Counted from the first letter of the stretch, positions 49,657 to 59,530 are shown. The stretch: 64,000 nucleotides of DNA from Waddliaceae bacterium (GCA_963783885.1 CAWAPJ010000028.1:1-64000), one strand, 5' to 3'. Numbers and translations: made by a program. Notes: generated from the sequence alone by a model not told the origin.

Positions 49657-50433
49657 ATGGAAGAAGACCGTGAAAAATTAGAAATTCGCAAAGGTGGAAA
49701 ATTAGTTGAGACGAAATGGGTCTATGATGAGGATAAGGATGAGGGTTTTTACAGAGAATTTGACAGGACAGAGAGTGCAACTCGGTATTTATTCGAACCA
49801 TGCGAATTGGCTGCAGATGTAACTTTAGAGGATATCTTCTTATTGTTAAATTCTGAATTGACGATTTTCAACTTGATATTCGGAAATTGGTGTGAGGAAT
49901 TTGTCAAGGAAGGTCTCACAAAGTCCCCAAAACCCTACGAACCAGAAAGGTATGATCCGGAACAGATCGAATATCTCGAAATATACTACACGCCTGAGTA
50001 TGATAAATCGGAGCATGTGAATCATTTCTATGGATTTTTAATTCCCAATTTTCACGGAGTTGGTGTCAAATTGAGAGAGGACACGGAACATTATAAAAAG
50101 GGAGATCGAATTAAATGGGGAATAAATCTCTCCCCTGTCAACACGCTGATAAAGATTCCTGTAAAGTTGAATAAGACATTCATCATTTATGAGGATAACT
50201 TGCAATCTAAACCAGATGAAAAACCAAAAGTTCTTGGTGAATTTGAAAACCCTCAGTATACCTTAGGCAACTTATTGCATGGTATTATTTGGGAATTGAG
50301 TTTTTATGGACCGCCGGAAGAAAGAGATAAGGTTAAGTGTGGATTGAAAGAGCAAATCGGAAAAATTGAGACTGGAACAGCGAAAACCAAACCTGCGAGT
50401 GAATTATTTAACATTGAGGATGAAAATTCTTGA
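49657..50433 (+). CDS. Hypothetical protein
   Basis: 258-aa acidic ORF, 5 nt after the ATPase-nuclease stop; IIWELSFYGPPEERD. Confidence 0.7.
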   Translation: MEEDREKLEIRKGGKLVETKWVYDEDKDEGFYREFDRTESATRYLFEPCELAADVTLEDIFLLLNSELTIFNLIFGNWCEEFVKEGLTKSPKPYEPERYDPEQIEYLEIYYTPEYDKSEHVNHFYGFLIPNFHGVGVKLREDTEHYKKGDRIKWGINLSPVNTLIKIPVKLNKTFIIYEDNLQSKPDEKPKVLGEFENPQYTLGNLLHGIIWELSFYGPPEERDKVKCGLKEQIGKIETGTAKTKPASELFNIEDENS

Positions 50434-50528
50434 TCTAACATATCTTCTACTATAACACTGAAATTATCTTTCCATATTCCCCTATTTCTGAATTTCTGTT
50501 AAAATTTCCTCAATTTGTTCAAAATGAG

Positions 50529-51119
50529 GTGTGTATGATTAAATCATTTTCAATATTTTCCACTTACTTATTAGCATTATTTGCCAGCACATCTTTGATA
50601 GCATACCCAGGACAGGAGTACGACGAAAAATTTGTTACTTCAATTTCCAAGGAGGAAGAAAGGGAGTGGAAAGTTTGGTCTCAAGATGTTGATTCAGATA
50701 CCAATGGATATATAATTTTTTCACCAGACCGAAAATATCCAAATCAAGACTATAATATCTATAGTGAGGGACTCAGAATTGATTTTATGGAGTATTTGTT
50801 TGACGGCGTGTCTCATTTGGAAGGTTCTCTGATGTTTCGACTTTTCTGTAAAGATTTAATTGATAAACGATTTGAATCTGTTCCCGGTTACCATTTTGAT
50901 ATTTTTGAGTCGACTTATAAAGATGAGCAGGAAGGAGATTACATTATCTTCACCATACAAGTTCCTGTGCCTGTAGATGGGGATCCCCCATTCTGGTCCA
51001 TTGTAAAAATTACCTTCCATGACTCGTTAGCTAAAATTTACACCTATGAAATAAATCAAGAAAACATTGACCAAGATCAGTTTGATACATGGATAGCCAG
51101 AATTAAGGCGATTCGTTAA
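50529..51119 (+). CDS. Hypothetical exported protein
   Basis: Signal-peptide-like N-terminus; 196 aa. Confidence 0.7.
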   Translation: MCMIKSFSIFSTYLLALFASTSLIAYPGQEYDEKFVTSISKEEEREWKVWSQDVDSDTNGYIIFSPDRKYPNQDYNIYSEGLRIDFMEYLFDGVSHLEGSLMFRLFCKDLIDKRFESVPGYHFDIFESTYKDEQEGDYIIFTIQVPVPVDGDPPFWSIVKITFHDSLAKIYTYEINQENIDQDQFDTWIARIKAIR

Positions 51120-51148
51120 AACTATAAATATCAGGAGATAAACGATTT

Positions 51149-52228
51149 ATGAAATATAAATACGCATTAATGACAATATTAATATTAATACTAAGTGGAA
51201 AAAGTTTAGCGCATGGAATAGAAAATGGAAAATCTAATGTTGAGCAAGAACCAAATTATGAATATTTTTCATTAAATTACAATATTCCAGAGAAACTGAT
51301 GTTTCCTCTTAATGCTAAAGAGTCAGATCGATTTTATCTTGTCCATCAAGATATGGGTCAAGATAAAAAATCATTTGTCCAAGAATGGATTCCAAAAGGT
51401 CAAAACCTTGAAAATTGGAAGGAGATGATAAGTATTTTATTTAGCAAAACTTTTCCTAAAACCACAGCTAATCTTGAGAGAAATCTGAAGTCTGTTAAAA
51501 GGTATCCCGGTTCTATATCTACATTTAAGACGATTTATAAAGGACGGAATAATCTTCTGGTCCTATTAGAATTGCCAAACGGTCATAAAAATATCGCTCC
51601 ATTCACGTCTATTGTGCATTATACTCTTACTCCTCAAGGAGTTCATTGCGTTCTTTATGAAACAAGGTTTCATACCCTTGATGCAGCCATTCGTAAGACT
51701 TGGGTTGAACGGCTCGGAAAAGCATTTATTTGCAAAGATTCAGAAAATGAAAACTTTATTCGTTTGCAAAAGTGTTTTGAACGAATGCTTGGTAATGAAA
51801 TATCGGAATGGAGCGATCATATCGATTACGACCCTTTAGAAAATGGACAAGATAGAGAAATGGCACATATGGCAAATAGTCAAGATGTTCTGGAAAAATT
51901 AAAAGTTTCATTTTATAAGCTTCCTCCAAAAACTAATCCACCATCGGATCTAGAATTCCTTGGAGATGCCTATCGCAATGCGAAAATAAATTTGTCTGAA
52001 GATTTCGATTTTCACGTCTTATCAAACGAAAAAAATGATATTATTTATGAGGTTAATTATAAAGATATAGAAGATGAGAATACTAATTACCCATATAAAT
52101 TCATTTGTCGAAAGTTTTTAAAAGACAATCATGTCTATAGGATTATTTACATGCGATACTCGAAAATTCAAAAGATGAGCGATAAGGATAAAAATTCCTG
52201 GGTAGAAAGGCTAAACAATGCAGTTTAA
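51149..52228 (+). CDS. Hypothetical exported two-domain protein
   Basis: SD AGGAG, signal peptide, QEWIPKGQNLENWKEMI; both halves end in WVERL. Confidence 0.75.
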   Translation: MKYKYALMTILILILSGKSLAHGIENGKSNVEQEPNYEYFSLNYNIPEKLMFPLNAKESDRFYLVHQDMGQDKKSFVQEWIPKGQNLENWKEMISILFSKTFPKTTANLERNLKSVKRYPGSISTFKTIYKGRNNLLVLLELPNGHKNIAPFTSIVHYTLTPQGVHCVLYETRFHTLDAAIRKTWVERLGKAFICKDSENENFIRLQKCFERMLGNEISEWSDHIDYDPLENGQDREMAHMANSQDVLEKLKVSFYKLPPKTNPPSDLEFLGDAYRNAKINLSEDFDFHVLSNEKNDIIYEVNYKDIEDENTNYPYKFICRKFLKDNHVYRIIYMRYSKIQKMSDKDKNSWVERLNNAV

Positions 52229-52245
52229 GTTCTGAGAAATATCCT

Positions 52246-53694
52246 TTAATCAGAAATTGGTTCCTTGAGCAAAACTCCGAAATCGATAATTCGGGCAAAT
52301 CGTCCTGAGTCGTCGACTGCATCCGCAACTCCTCCAACATGAATAAGTACCGGAAAAAAAGAAACATTTCGCGGGGTTTTTAGACGGTTTAACTTCTCTT
52401 CCATTTCGAGGATAGCCTCTGCACCAACAGGACTTCTAGAAAACTTAATTTCACAGATATACAGTGTTCCAAATGCTGTTTGGACCATGTAATCTATCTG
52501 GCAGCCTCTGCGATTTTTAGTGGCTGTCTGAAAGAAAGGACCCGATGATACAATATCATTTGGATCAATCTTCAAGCATTTATGAAGTTGTCGTTTGTTG
52601 TTTATGACCAAGTTTTCAAATTGCAGTCCCATAATCGTATCCCATCCTGGAATACGGCTTAATGATCTTTCTTGAAATTGGCCCGAGAGGATTTTGCTGC
52701 GATTCGGTTCAATACATTTCAAATAAAACCTGAGATAATTATCGCTGAGCCTATATTGGCTCAGCTTTGAAACTTTCCCGGTCTTGACATCCCAAGTATA
52801 GTCCCGGGTTATAAATCCAGTTTTCTCTAAATCCTCAAGATATGCGCTTGCTGTTCCCCCTTTTTCAAAACCGGTCTTAGTGAATAATGATTCTTGGTCT
52901 AAGTGTCCACCAATTAATCCAGACACCAGTTTTTTATAAGCAGATCCCCTCCTAGAGAATAAATCATGGAAAATACGATCAAATTCATGAACCAAAATAC
53001 CTTCAGGAGAAAAGCATAGTCGATAAATATTTTGATCAGAGGTTAATGCAGGGTCAATTTCTTCTAAATATCTAGGAACACCACCTGTTACGGCAAGAAG
53101 TTTAAATTTTTCATAGGAAGAAAGCTGACTCTTCCTTGATCCCCAGAACTCGTCGCATCGATAGAGCGGCAATTCATCTAATCGAAGGTAGAGTGAAAAG
53201 CGGCCAAAGAAACCAGTGCTATTGATTAAGTTCTCTTCAATCCATGTTGATACCGATCCGCAAAGGATCATAATGAGTCTTGAGTTATTCTTAAAATATA
53301 GATCCCAAGCATTTTTCAACTTTCCAAGAAACGTCGGATCTTTTGAACCCATCCATGAGATCTCGTCCAATAGAATGATCGTATCCCCTGATGCAACATT
53401 CTGACCAAGATGCCAAAATAGATCTCCCCAGTCATCTCCGCTAACCCCGGGTATGCCTTGAGTTGCCATTTGCCTTGCAAATTCTTCTCTCTGATCCTGA
53501 GCTGTGACAGTTTGTTCAGGAGGAAGACCTGTGAATGTGAGGCCTTTTACCCCTTCTTGTCTCATAAATTCCTCTATGAGGCGGCTTTTCCCTATTCGCC
53601 GCCGGCCCCAAACGACAATAAGGCTTGAAGTTGACTTATTTCTAAGTCCGTGAAGTAGCTCTATTTCTCTCTGCCTTCCTATAAATCTGCTCAT
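52246..53694 (-). CDS. Archaeal-type AAA ATPase with C-terminal PD-(D/E)XK (DUF234-like) domain
   Basis: FIGRQRE, GRRRIGKS, LLDEISW, TGGVPRYL, QIDY..CEIKFS. Confidence 0.9.
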   Translation of the reverse strand: MSRFIGRQREIELLHGLRNKSTSSLIVVWGRRRIGKSRLIEEFMRQEGVKGLTFTGLPPEQTVTAQDQREEFARQMATQGIPGVSGDDWGDLFWHLGQNVASGDTIILLDEISWMGSKDPTFLGKLKNAWDLYFKNNSRLIMILCGSVSTWIEENLINSTGFFGRFSLYLRLDELPLYRCDEFWGSRKSQLSSYEKFKLLAVTGGVPRYLEEIDPALTSDQNIYRLCFSPEGILVHEFDRIFHDLFSRRGSAYKKLVSGLIGGHLDQESLFTKTGFEKGGTASAYLEDLEKTGFITRDYTWDVKTGKVSKLSQYRLSDNYLRFYLKCIEPNRSKILSGQFQERSLSRIPGWDTIMGLQFENLVINNKRQLHKCLKIDPNDIVSSGPFFQTATKNRRGCQIDYMVQTAFGTLYICEIKFSRSPVGAEAILEMEEKLNRLKTPRNVSFFPVLIHVGGVADAVDDSGRFARIIDFGVLLKEPISD

Positions 53695-53700
53695 GTCTTA

Positions 53701-53739
53701 ATTATACCACCAAATCAACAAAACGTCAATTTGGTGGTA
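53701..53739 (-). promoter_or_regulatory. Sigma70/66-type promoter overlapped by an 11-bp inverted repeat
   Basis: Minus TTGACG-17-TATAAT, 6 nt before ATG 53694; IR TACCACCAAAT-13-ATTTGGTGGTA. Confidence 0.7.
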
Positions 53740-53881
53740 GAAAACATAGACCTATTTTCTGTCACAAAATCGACATTTTAACGATTTGGTGCCTATATCC
53801 ATTCGTATTCAAGGGGTAACCTAAACTTGCGAGTTATACGCAGGACAGCTATACTCTTTGCTAAACAAAACAGGCAAGTCA

Positions 53882-54505
53882 ATGAATAAGAATAAGTTAA
53901 AAAATGTAGTTTACCAATTTCGCATCGAGCTGGAGGATATCGAACCGTTGATATGGCGGCGGATTCAGATTCGAGGGAATGAGACGTTCTGGGCTTTGCA
54001 CGTTGCAATTCAGGATTCTATGGGATGGTACGATTGCCACTTGCATGAATTTCAGGTGAAATGCCCTATGACCGGCCTTACAATTCCAATCGGTATTCCC
54101 GACCCGGAATGGGAGTCTCTCCAATTTCCTCAGATTCAAGCCGGATGGGAGAAATATATCGCCGATTTTTTCATGGAGAACAATCGAACAGCCACATATG
54201 AATATGATTTCGGTGATGGCTGGACGCATCGAATAGAGCTTGAGCAGGTTACCGATGCAATACCCAGAAAAAAATACCCCAAGTGCATTGCCGGAGAACG
54301 CGCTTGCCCTCCTGAAAATGTTGGTGGAACTTCGGGATATGAGCAATTCGTGAAAGTAATGATGGACCCAAACCATGTGGAGCATGAAGAAACTAAGATA
54401 TGGTACGGCCGCTCTTTCAATCCTGAAAGTTTTATTCCAAAGCTCGTTCAGTTTGGAAACCCTAAGGAACGGCTCAAGATGTGCTTGGATTTTCAATCAG
54501 GCTAG
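53882..54505 (+). CDS. Plasmid pRiA4b ORF-3 family protein
   Basis: PLIWRRIQI, LHVAIQDSMGW..HLHEF, YEYDFGDGW.H, ACPPENVGG. Confidence 0.9.
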   Translation: MNKNKLKNVVYQFRIELEDIEPLIWRRIQIRGNETFWALHVAIQDSMGWYDCHLHEFQVKCPMTGLTIPIGIPDPEWESLQFPQIQAGWEKYIADFFMENNRTATYEYDFGDGWTHRIELEQVTDAIPRKKYPKCIAGERACPPENVGGTSGYEQFVKVMMDPNHVEHEETKIWYGRSFNPESFIPKLVQFGNPKERLKMCLDFQSG

Positions 54506-54531
54506 GAAGATCCCTTAAGATCGGAATAAAA

Positions 54532-54888
54532 TTATTCGAGGAACAAGATTTTCTTGCCAATAAACTTCATTTTTTCAACGATGCTATGAATTTTATACCA
54601 TGCCCATGTGTATGGAATCCCCCCTATAAATCCTATGCCGCATATTACATAGGCCATAGGTGCCGATATTGTTGCCGATATGAATGTTAAAGGATATAGA
54701 GCCAATTCCGCATAGCACATAAGTCGAGCCAATTTCATCGATTTAATCTTTTCATCAACTATCTTGTTGATTCCATTATTCGTTCTTTCTAAGGATTCAA
54801 TATTTCCAGGTATGAGAAAATGAGCAGTAATTACACGATTTTGCGAAATCATAACTCCCTCCAAGTTATTTGAGTATTTATGTGACAA
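54532..54888 (-). CDS. Hypothetical membrane protein
   Basis: Two adjacent hydrophobic segments; GGAGGG SD before ATG 54852 suggests that start. Confidence 0.5.
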   Translation of the reverse strand: MSHKYSNNLEGVMISQNRVITAHFLIPGNIESLERTNNGINKIVDEKIKSMKLARLMCYAELALYPLTFISATISAPMAYVICGIGFIGGIPYTWAWYKIHSIVEKMKFIGKKILFLE

Positions 54889-54986
54889 TTTTGTTTACGA
54901 CGATGGCTCTAAAATCTATAATGCCACCAGTTTACTTGGACACTGATTTGGGGTAAAATACCCAATCGTTTTCAAGGAGAAACACA

Positions 54987-55307
54987 ATGAGAACAACAGA
55001 TTGTACGGATAAGACAGTAAAGAGATGGAGCGCCAAACGAAAAGCAGAGGTTGTACTACGGCTTTTCCGAGGTGAGGCAATAGATGATGTCAGCCGCGCC
55101 GTAGGCGTGGCTGTTCATATCGTCAATGAGTGGCGAGAGGAAGCTTTGGTCCACCTTGAGGAAGGCTTTAAGCAGAGGGTAAACGATCCAAAGGACGCTT
55201 TGCTAGCCAGAGCTAAAGAGCAGATAGGTGAGCTGTCCATGGAAAATGAGCTACTAAAACGGCAGGTAAAAAAGAAAGGCCCTTTAGTATTGAGGAGGTC
55301 GAAGTAA
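54987..55307 (+). CDS. IS3-family transposase OrfA (HTH)
   Basis: RWSAKRKAEVVLRL..IGELSMENELLK; in-phase A-AAA-AAG slippery site at 55268-55274 gives a -1 fusion to OrfB. Confidence 0.85.
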   Translation: MRTTDCTDKTVKRWSAKRKAEVVLRLFRGEAIDDVSRAVGVAVHIVNEWREEALVHLEEGFKQRVNDPKDALLARAKEQIGELSMENELLKRQVKKKGPLVLRRSK

Positions 55308-56197
55308 TGAGCACCTCCAGCTCTTCATCAACTGGACGCGTATACGGATTACAGCGAGTCTGCCGGGTTTGGGGTATAACTCGCTCAACCGTCTACAACG
55401 CAAGAGCAAGAAAGCAAAAAGACACCGTTACAAGAAAGCCGGGACCCACTCCTTGGATGGCTGATGAAGACCTCCTTGAGTGGATTCGTAGTGATATTGA
55501 AGAGAGTAAGTTTACGGGCGAAGGACACCGGAAAGTATGGGCTCGATTGAGGCGGAATCATGGGATCAGCGTAGGGAGAAACAGGATTTTGAAACTTATG
55601 AGAGAGGCTAATATTCTATCTCCACATCGCAGTTTCCAAGGAAAGGCAAAAAAACATGATGGCAGAATCGTGACAGATGTTCCCAACGATATGTGGGCAA
55701 CAGATGCAGTAAAGATCTGGACCGAGGATGATGGATGGATTTGGTACTTCGGTGTCACTGACCACTGGAATTCCGAGTGTCTTGGGTGGCACGTCACCAA
55801 ACGTGGCGATCGACACGCTGCGATGGAGGTGTTACGAAATGCTGTAAGGTCTGGTTGCGGAGAGCTAATGCCAGGTATCGCTAGAGGGATCAGTCTAAGA
55901 CCAGATCATGGATCGGTCTTCACAGCCAATGAGTATCGGAATGAGGCTAAATACTGGGGCTTTAACTTTAGCTATGCCTTAGTAGGCGAGCCTGAAACCA
56001 ACGGGGTGGAAGAGCGATTTCATCGAACGATGAAGGAGCAATGTGTGCATGGTCGAGTTTTTAAAAATCTTGATGAGGTCAGACGAGCCATTCAGTCATT
56101 TGTAGAGGATTATAACAATGAATGGTTACTTGAGAAGCTAGGCTACTGCAGCCCTAGAGAAGCTCGCCAAAACTGGGAGTTTAAATATGCAGCATAA
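55307..56197 (+). CDS. IS3-family transposase OrfB (DDE integrase core)
   Basis: MWATD, RPDHGSVF, PETNGVEERFHRTMKE, LGYCSP. Confidence 0.9.
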   Translation: MSTSSSSSTGRVYGLQRVCRVWGITRSTVYNARARKQKDTVTRKPGPTPWMADEDLLEWIRSDIEESKFTGEGHRKVWARLRRNHGISVGRNRILKLMREANILSPHRSFQGKAKKHDGRIVTDVPNDMWATDAVKIWTEDDGWIWYFGVTDHWNSECLGWHVTKRGDRHAAMEVLRNAVRSGCGELMPGIARGISLRPDHGSVFTANEYRNEAKYWGFNFSYALVGEPETNGVEERFHRTMKEQCVHGRVFKNLDEVRRAIQSFVEDYNNEWLLEKLGYCSPREARQNWEFKYAA

Positions 56198-56362
56198 GAG
56201 ATTTAACAAAACTCTTAAGACGCAACCGATGGAAGGCAAAATTGCTAAGGGCAGCGATGAAGTCCAGGACGAGCGAAGCGAGCCGAAGGGAATCCTTGAC
56301 GAATCGCTGAACTTAGCTAGAGTCCGACATGGGAGGCGGCTTGAGAGGTTTGGAAAAATCTC
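56198..56362 (+). repeat. Long imperfect hairpin in IS3 3' end
   Basis: GAGATTT..GCTAAG..CAGCGAT..GTCCAGGA / TCCTTGAC..ATCGCTG..CTTAGC..AAATCTC; apex shared with 43843-43881. Confidence 0.8.
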
Positions 56363-56405
56363 ACCCTTAAGCCAAATTTGTGTCCAAATAAATGGTGGCG
56401 ATACA

Positions 56406-56620
56406 GTTAGCAATGAGGGAATTACTACTAAATCAGAGAGTCTTATTGCAATAGAAGAGCATAAATTCAATGTGCTTGGACAGTCTATTAGGATATAGTC
56501 GAACCTCGAAGATACCTGTTCTATCGACTGGATGAATCGATCTTCTGCTCTTTCACGGTCTTTGCACTCATAATCAAAAAGCGCTAAATTCACATTTGCT
56601 GGTGCGAGGCTTGTCGACAA
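56406..56620 (-). pseudogene. ParA/Soj ATPase internal fragment
   Basis: LAPANVNLA..FDYILIDCPSTL..SDLVVIP, cut by IS91 and IS3 sequences. Confidence 0.75.
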
Positions 56621-57340
56621 GAATTTATCGAGAGGATTTCCCGATTCATTCCTCCTACCCGCCGACATCTCCGCCATTATCATGGAGTTTTTGCTCCTAA
56701 TTCCCCTTTAAGGAAGAAGGTGGCTGCCAGCGCTCAAAAACGGCCAGAATCCAGCATCCAGAAAAATTTACAAGAGTCTTCAAAGAAGGTTATAAAGGTC
56801 TCATTCGACTGGGCTAAGCTCATCGCACGTATTTACAAAACTGATCCGTTGCTCTGTCAATGCGGAAAAAAGATTAAAATTACCTCATTTGTCATCCATA
56901 CAGCTGAAATCAGACGCATATTAAAACGAATAGGCTGGTCGAGCGAGATCCAGATGTTCGATCCGCCCTACCCTCCCCCTGAAATGAACATCTGCCAGCT
57001 GCTGCCCTGGACAGAGGATGGGTTTTCCCAGGTAGAAGATCGCACTCTAGGAGAATGGGGCCCAGATCCTCCAGCCATAGATCCGCCCCATTGGACAGAC
57101 AACATCGACCCACCTTTTTGGGAAGATTGAACCAAATACGATAATCTCTTCAGAAGGGGCTCGATACCTTTTGCTCTAATTCTCCCCCAAATCAGACATG
57201 TCTCTGCCAAAATCTGGAAGTAAACCTAAAATTGACAATTTGAGGCTAATTATCGCTCAAAAATAAAGGAATTTAAGCCCACCCGTACGACCATCCAAAT
57301 GGGGATAAGGGTCTTAGACATGCTTAATTTTCCTATCCTT
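56621..57340 (+). mobile_element. IS91-family 5'-truncated copy 2
   Basis: Near-identical to 45708-46426 with a few differences in the non-coding end. Confidence 0.9.
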
Positions 57341-58033
57341 TTGAGTGTCGGATATGCTTTAGATCATGCTATTTACCTGATTAATGGCGGTTATCTCCCC
57401 GGAACTTTCGTTGGCGGGGTTGAGTCTCCTCTCTCATCGCTTGTCTATAACGCATGCTCGCGATCTGATGAAATGTCATATTCCGGTCGTTACGTCCCTT
57501 TTTGCAAAGAGTCAGACGGCTATCTACTCGGGGAAGGGTCGGCAATGTTTGCTATTGAGACATATGCTGCTGCATCTAAACGAAGCCACCCTGCTTTATC
57601 CAAAATCAATGGATTAGGGATTGCGCATTCTCTTTCAGTTTCTATTCAGAATTGTTTGAATGACGCAGAGGTTAAGCCTGAAGACGTGGATTGCATTTTT
57701 CTTGCCGCCTACGGCTCGCCCCGTCTGGATGCTCAAGAAATGTGCGAGCTTGAAAAAGTATTCTCATCTTGCAATAATCTCTATTTAACAACAACAAAAC
57801 CCCTTTATGGCCATCTACTGGGAACCGAATTTTCCATTGAAATGCTTGTGGCTATCGAAGCTTTGAAACATCAAAAAATACCTTGCGCCCTTTTTTCAGA
57901 ACATGAGCTCCTGACCCCAAATTTTGGCAAACTTGTTGTCGACCATGCCATCGAGGCTCGGCTGAATCTTGTTCTTGTCTATGCATTCAACCCGCAAGGC
58001 GGAAGCATTAGCGTCTTGCTTGGCAAGGTATAA
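57338..58033 (+). pseudogene. 5'-truncated beta-ketoacyl synthase / chain-length-factor-like gene
   Basis: VGGVES, PFCKESDGYLLGEGSAMF, DAQE, KPLYGHLLG; N-terminal half missing at the IS91 junction. Confidence 0.75.
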
Positions 58034-58059
58034 AAACATATATAATAAGGAGATTCATT

Positions 58060-58482
58060 ATGTTTAATTGGGAAATCAATGTGGAAATGACAGCAAATGC
58101 CACACCCGATGACGTTTGGAATATTTGGAAAGATGTCCCAAACTGGCCTAAGTGGGATAAAGACCTTGAGTGGAGTCGTCTCAATGGAGATTTTGCAAAA
58201 GGAACGACTGGCCGTCTGAAACCAAAGGGGTGGTTTGCTTCAGATTTTATCATTTCTGATTTAACTCCCAACCAATCTCATGTCAACACCACAAAAATGC
58301 CGCAAACAAAGCTTGTCTTCAAACATGAGCTTGAAAAAATCAGTGATTCGCAGGTTCGGATTCAACACAATTTAAGGGTCAAAGGCCTTCTTGCTCCTCT
58401 TCTCTTTTTTACTATGAGGGTTAAACTAAGAAAAGCAATTCCTGAAGCTCTTGAAAATCTGGTTGCTATGGTCAGCCGTTAG
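58060..58482 (+). CDS. SRPBCC / polyketide cyclase-like protein
   Basis: ATPDDVWNIWKDVPNWPKWD..LNGDFAKGT; SD AAGGAG. Confidence 0.85.
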   Translation: MFNWEINVEMTANATPDDVWNIWKDVPNWPKWDKDLEWSRLNGDFAKGTTGRLKPKGWFASDFIISDLTPNQSHVNTTKMPQTKLVFKHELEKISDSQVRIQHNLRVKGLLAPLLFFTMRVKLRKAIPEALENLVAMVSR

Positions 58483-59070
58483 TATTTGGACACCCTTTTG
58501 CGGGTTGGTTGAGTCTAGATGAATGTGCTTAATATCCAAGTTCGGAAATCAATCGGCCATAATAGTCTTCTATGATGGTTTTATCGAGATCATCAAACTC
58601 CTCTTACCATCTGCCTGGTATAGCTGGTGAGAAATGCGGGCTAGTGCCTTGTCGTAAAAGTTTCATTGTAATTTGTCTTCAAAAATTTTATATTTTTGTT
58701 GTTATGCTTTTTCAAAACACCAAAAGGAGGAGTTGAATGCGTAAACTATTGCATTATTTATTTATTCTTGCATTTGCCGGCGTTTTTTCACTCAACGCCT
58801 GCGACTGTGAGGACGATGACAGCAATTCCCTCCAACCGCTCCTAAAAACCTATACAAATCTATACATTGCATAGGTACGCTAGCCGAACAGTGCTGCTAA
58901 CGGTTCACGTGCTGAAATCTCATCAGCAACTTCCGGGAATATGTCGCACAAACCGTCCGATAAAGGCGGGTCCGAGGATCGATGTTTCATCGCCCGAAAG
59001 TGCGCTGCAAGCGCCGCCTGAATTTTCCGACCTACCGCACTCCAGAATGACCAGACATGTTTATCTCCAT

Positions 59071-59530
59071 TTACCTCATTTGTCATCCATACAGCTGAAA
59101 TCAGACGCATATTAAAACGAATAGGCTGGTCGAGCGAGATCCAGATGTTCGATCCGCCCTACCCTCCCCCTGAAATGAACATCTGCCAGCTGCTGCCCTG
59201 GACAGAGGATGGGTTTTCCCAGGTAGAAGATCGCACTCTAGGAGAATGGGGCCCAGATCCTCCAGCCATAGATCCGCCCCATTGGACAGACAACATCGAC
59301 CCACCTTTTTGGGAAGATTGAACCAAATACGATAATCTCTTCAGAAGGGGCTCGATACCTTTTGCTCTCATTCTCCCCCAAATCAGACATGTCTCTGCCA
59401 AAATCTGGAAGTAAACCTAAAATTAACAATTTGAGGCTAATTATCGCTCAAAAATAAAGGAATTTAAGCCCACCCGTCCGACCATCCAAAGGGGGATAAG
59501 GGCTTAGACATGCTTAATTTTCCTATCCTT
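59071..59530 (+). mobile_element. IS91-family 5'-truncated copy 3
   Basis: Matches 45967-46426; abuts the right 31-bp repeat. Confidence 0.9.

Larger units (their letters stand above)
54917..56405 (+). mobile_element. IS3-family element, apparently intact, no TSD
   Basis: IRs TATAATGCCACCAGTTTACTTGGACAC / GTGTCCAAATAAATGGTGGCGATACA enclosing orfA and orfB. Confidence 0.85.

Noticed and set aside
53814-53844. GGGTAACCTAA..TTATACGCAGG as a third dif-like site
   Set aside because: Spacer is 9 nt, incompatible with the 11-6-11 layout.
55268-55274. A6G slippery site as a novel recoding signal
   Set aside because: Standard IS3-family -1 frameshift; recorded under features.
56187-56498. 103-aa ORF after IS3 orfB
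   Set aside because: Runs through the hairpin, the TIR and the antisense parA fragment; chimeric and motif-free.
58738-59070. Small exported-protein start at 58738 and a GC-richer fragment before IS91 copy 3
   Set aside because: A good SD precedes 58738, but the frame appears broken and neither piece could be assigned to a family.
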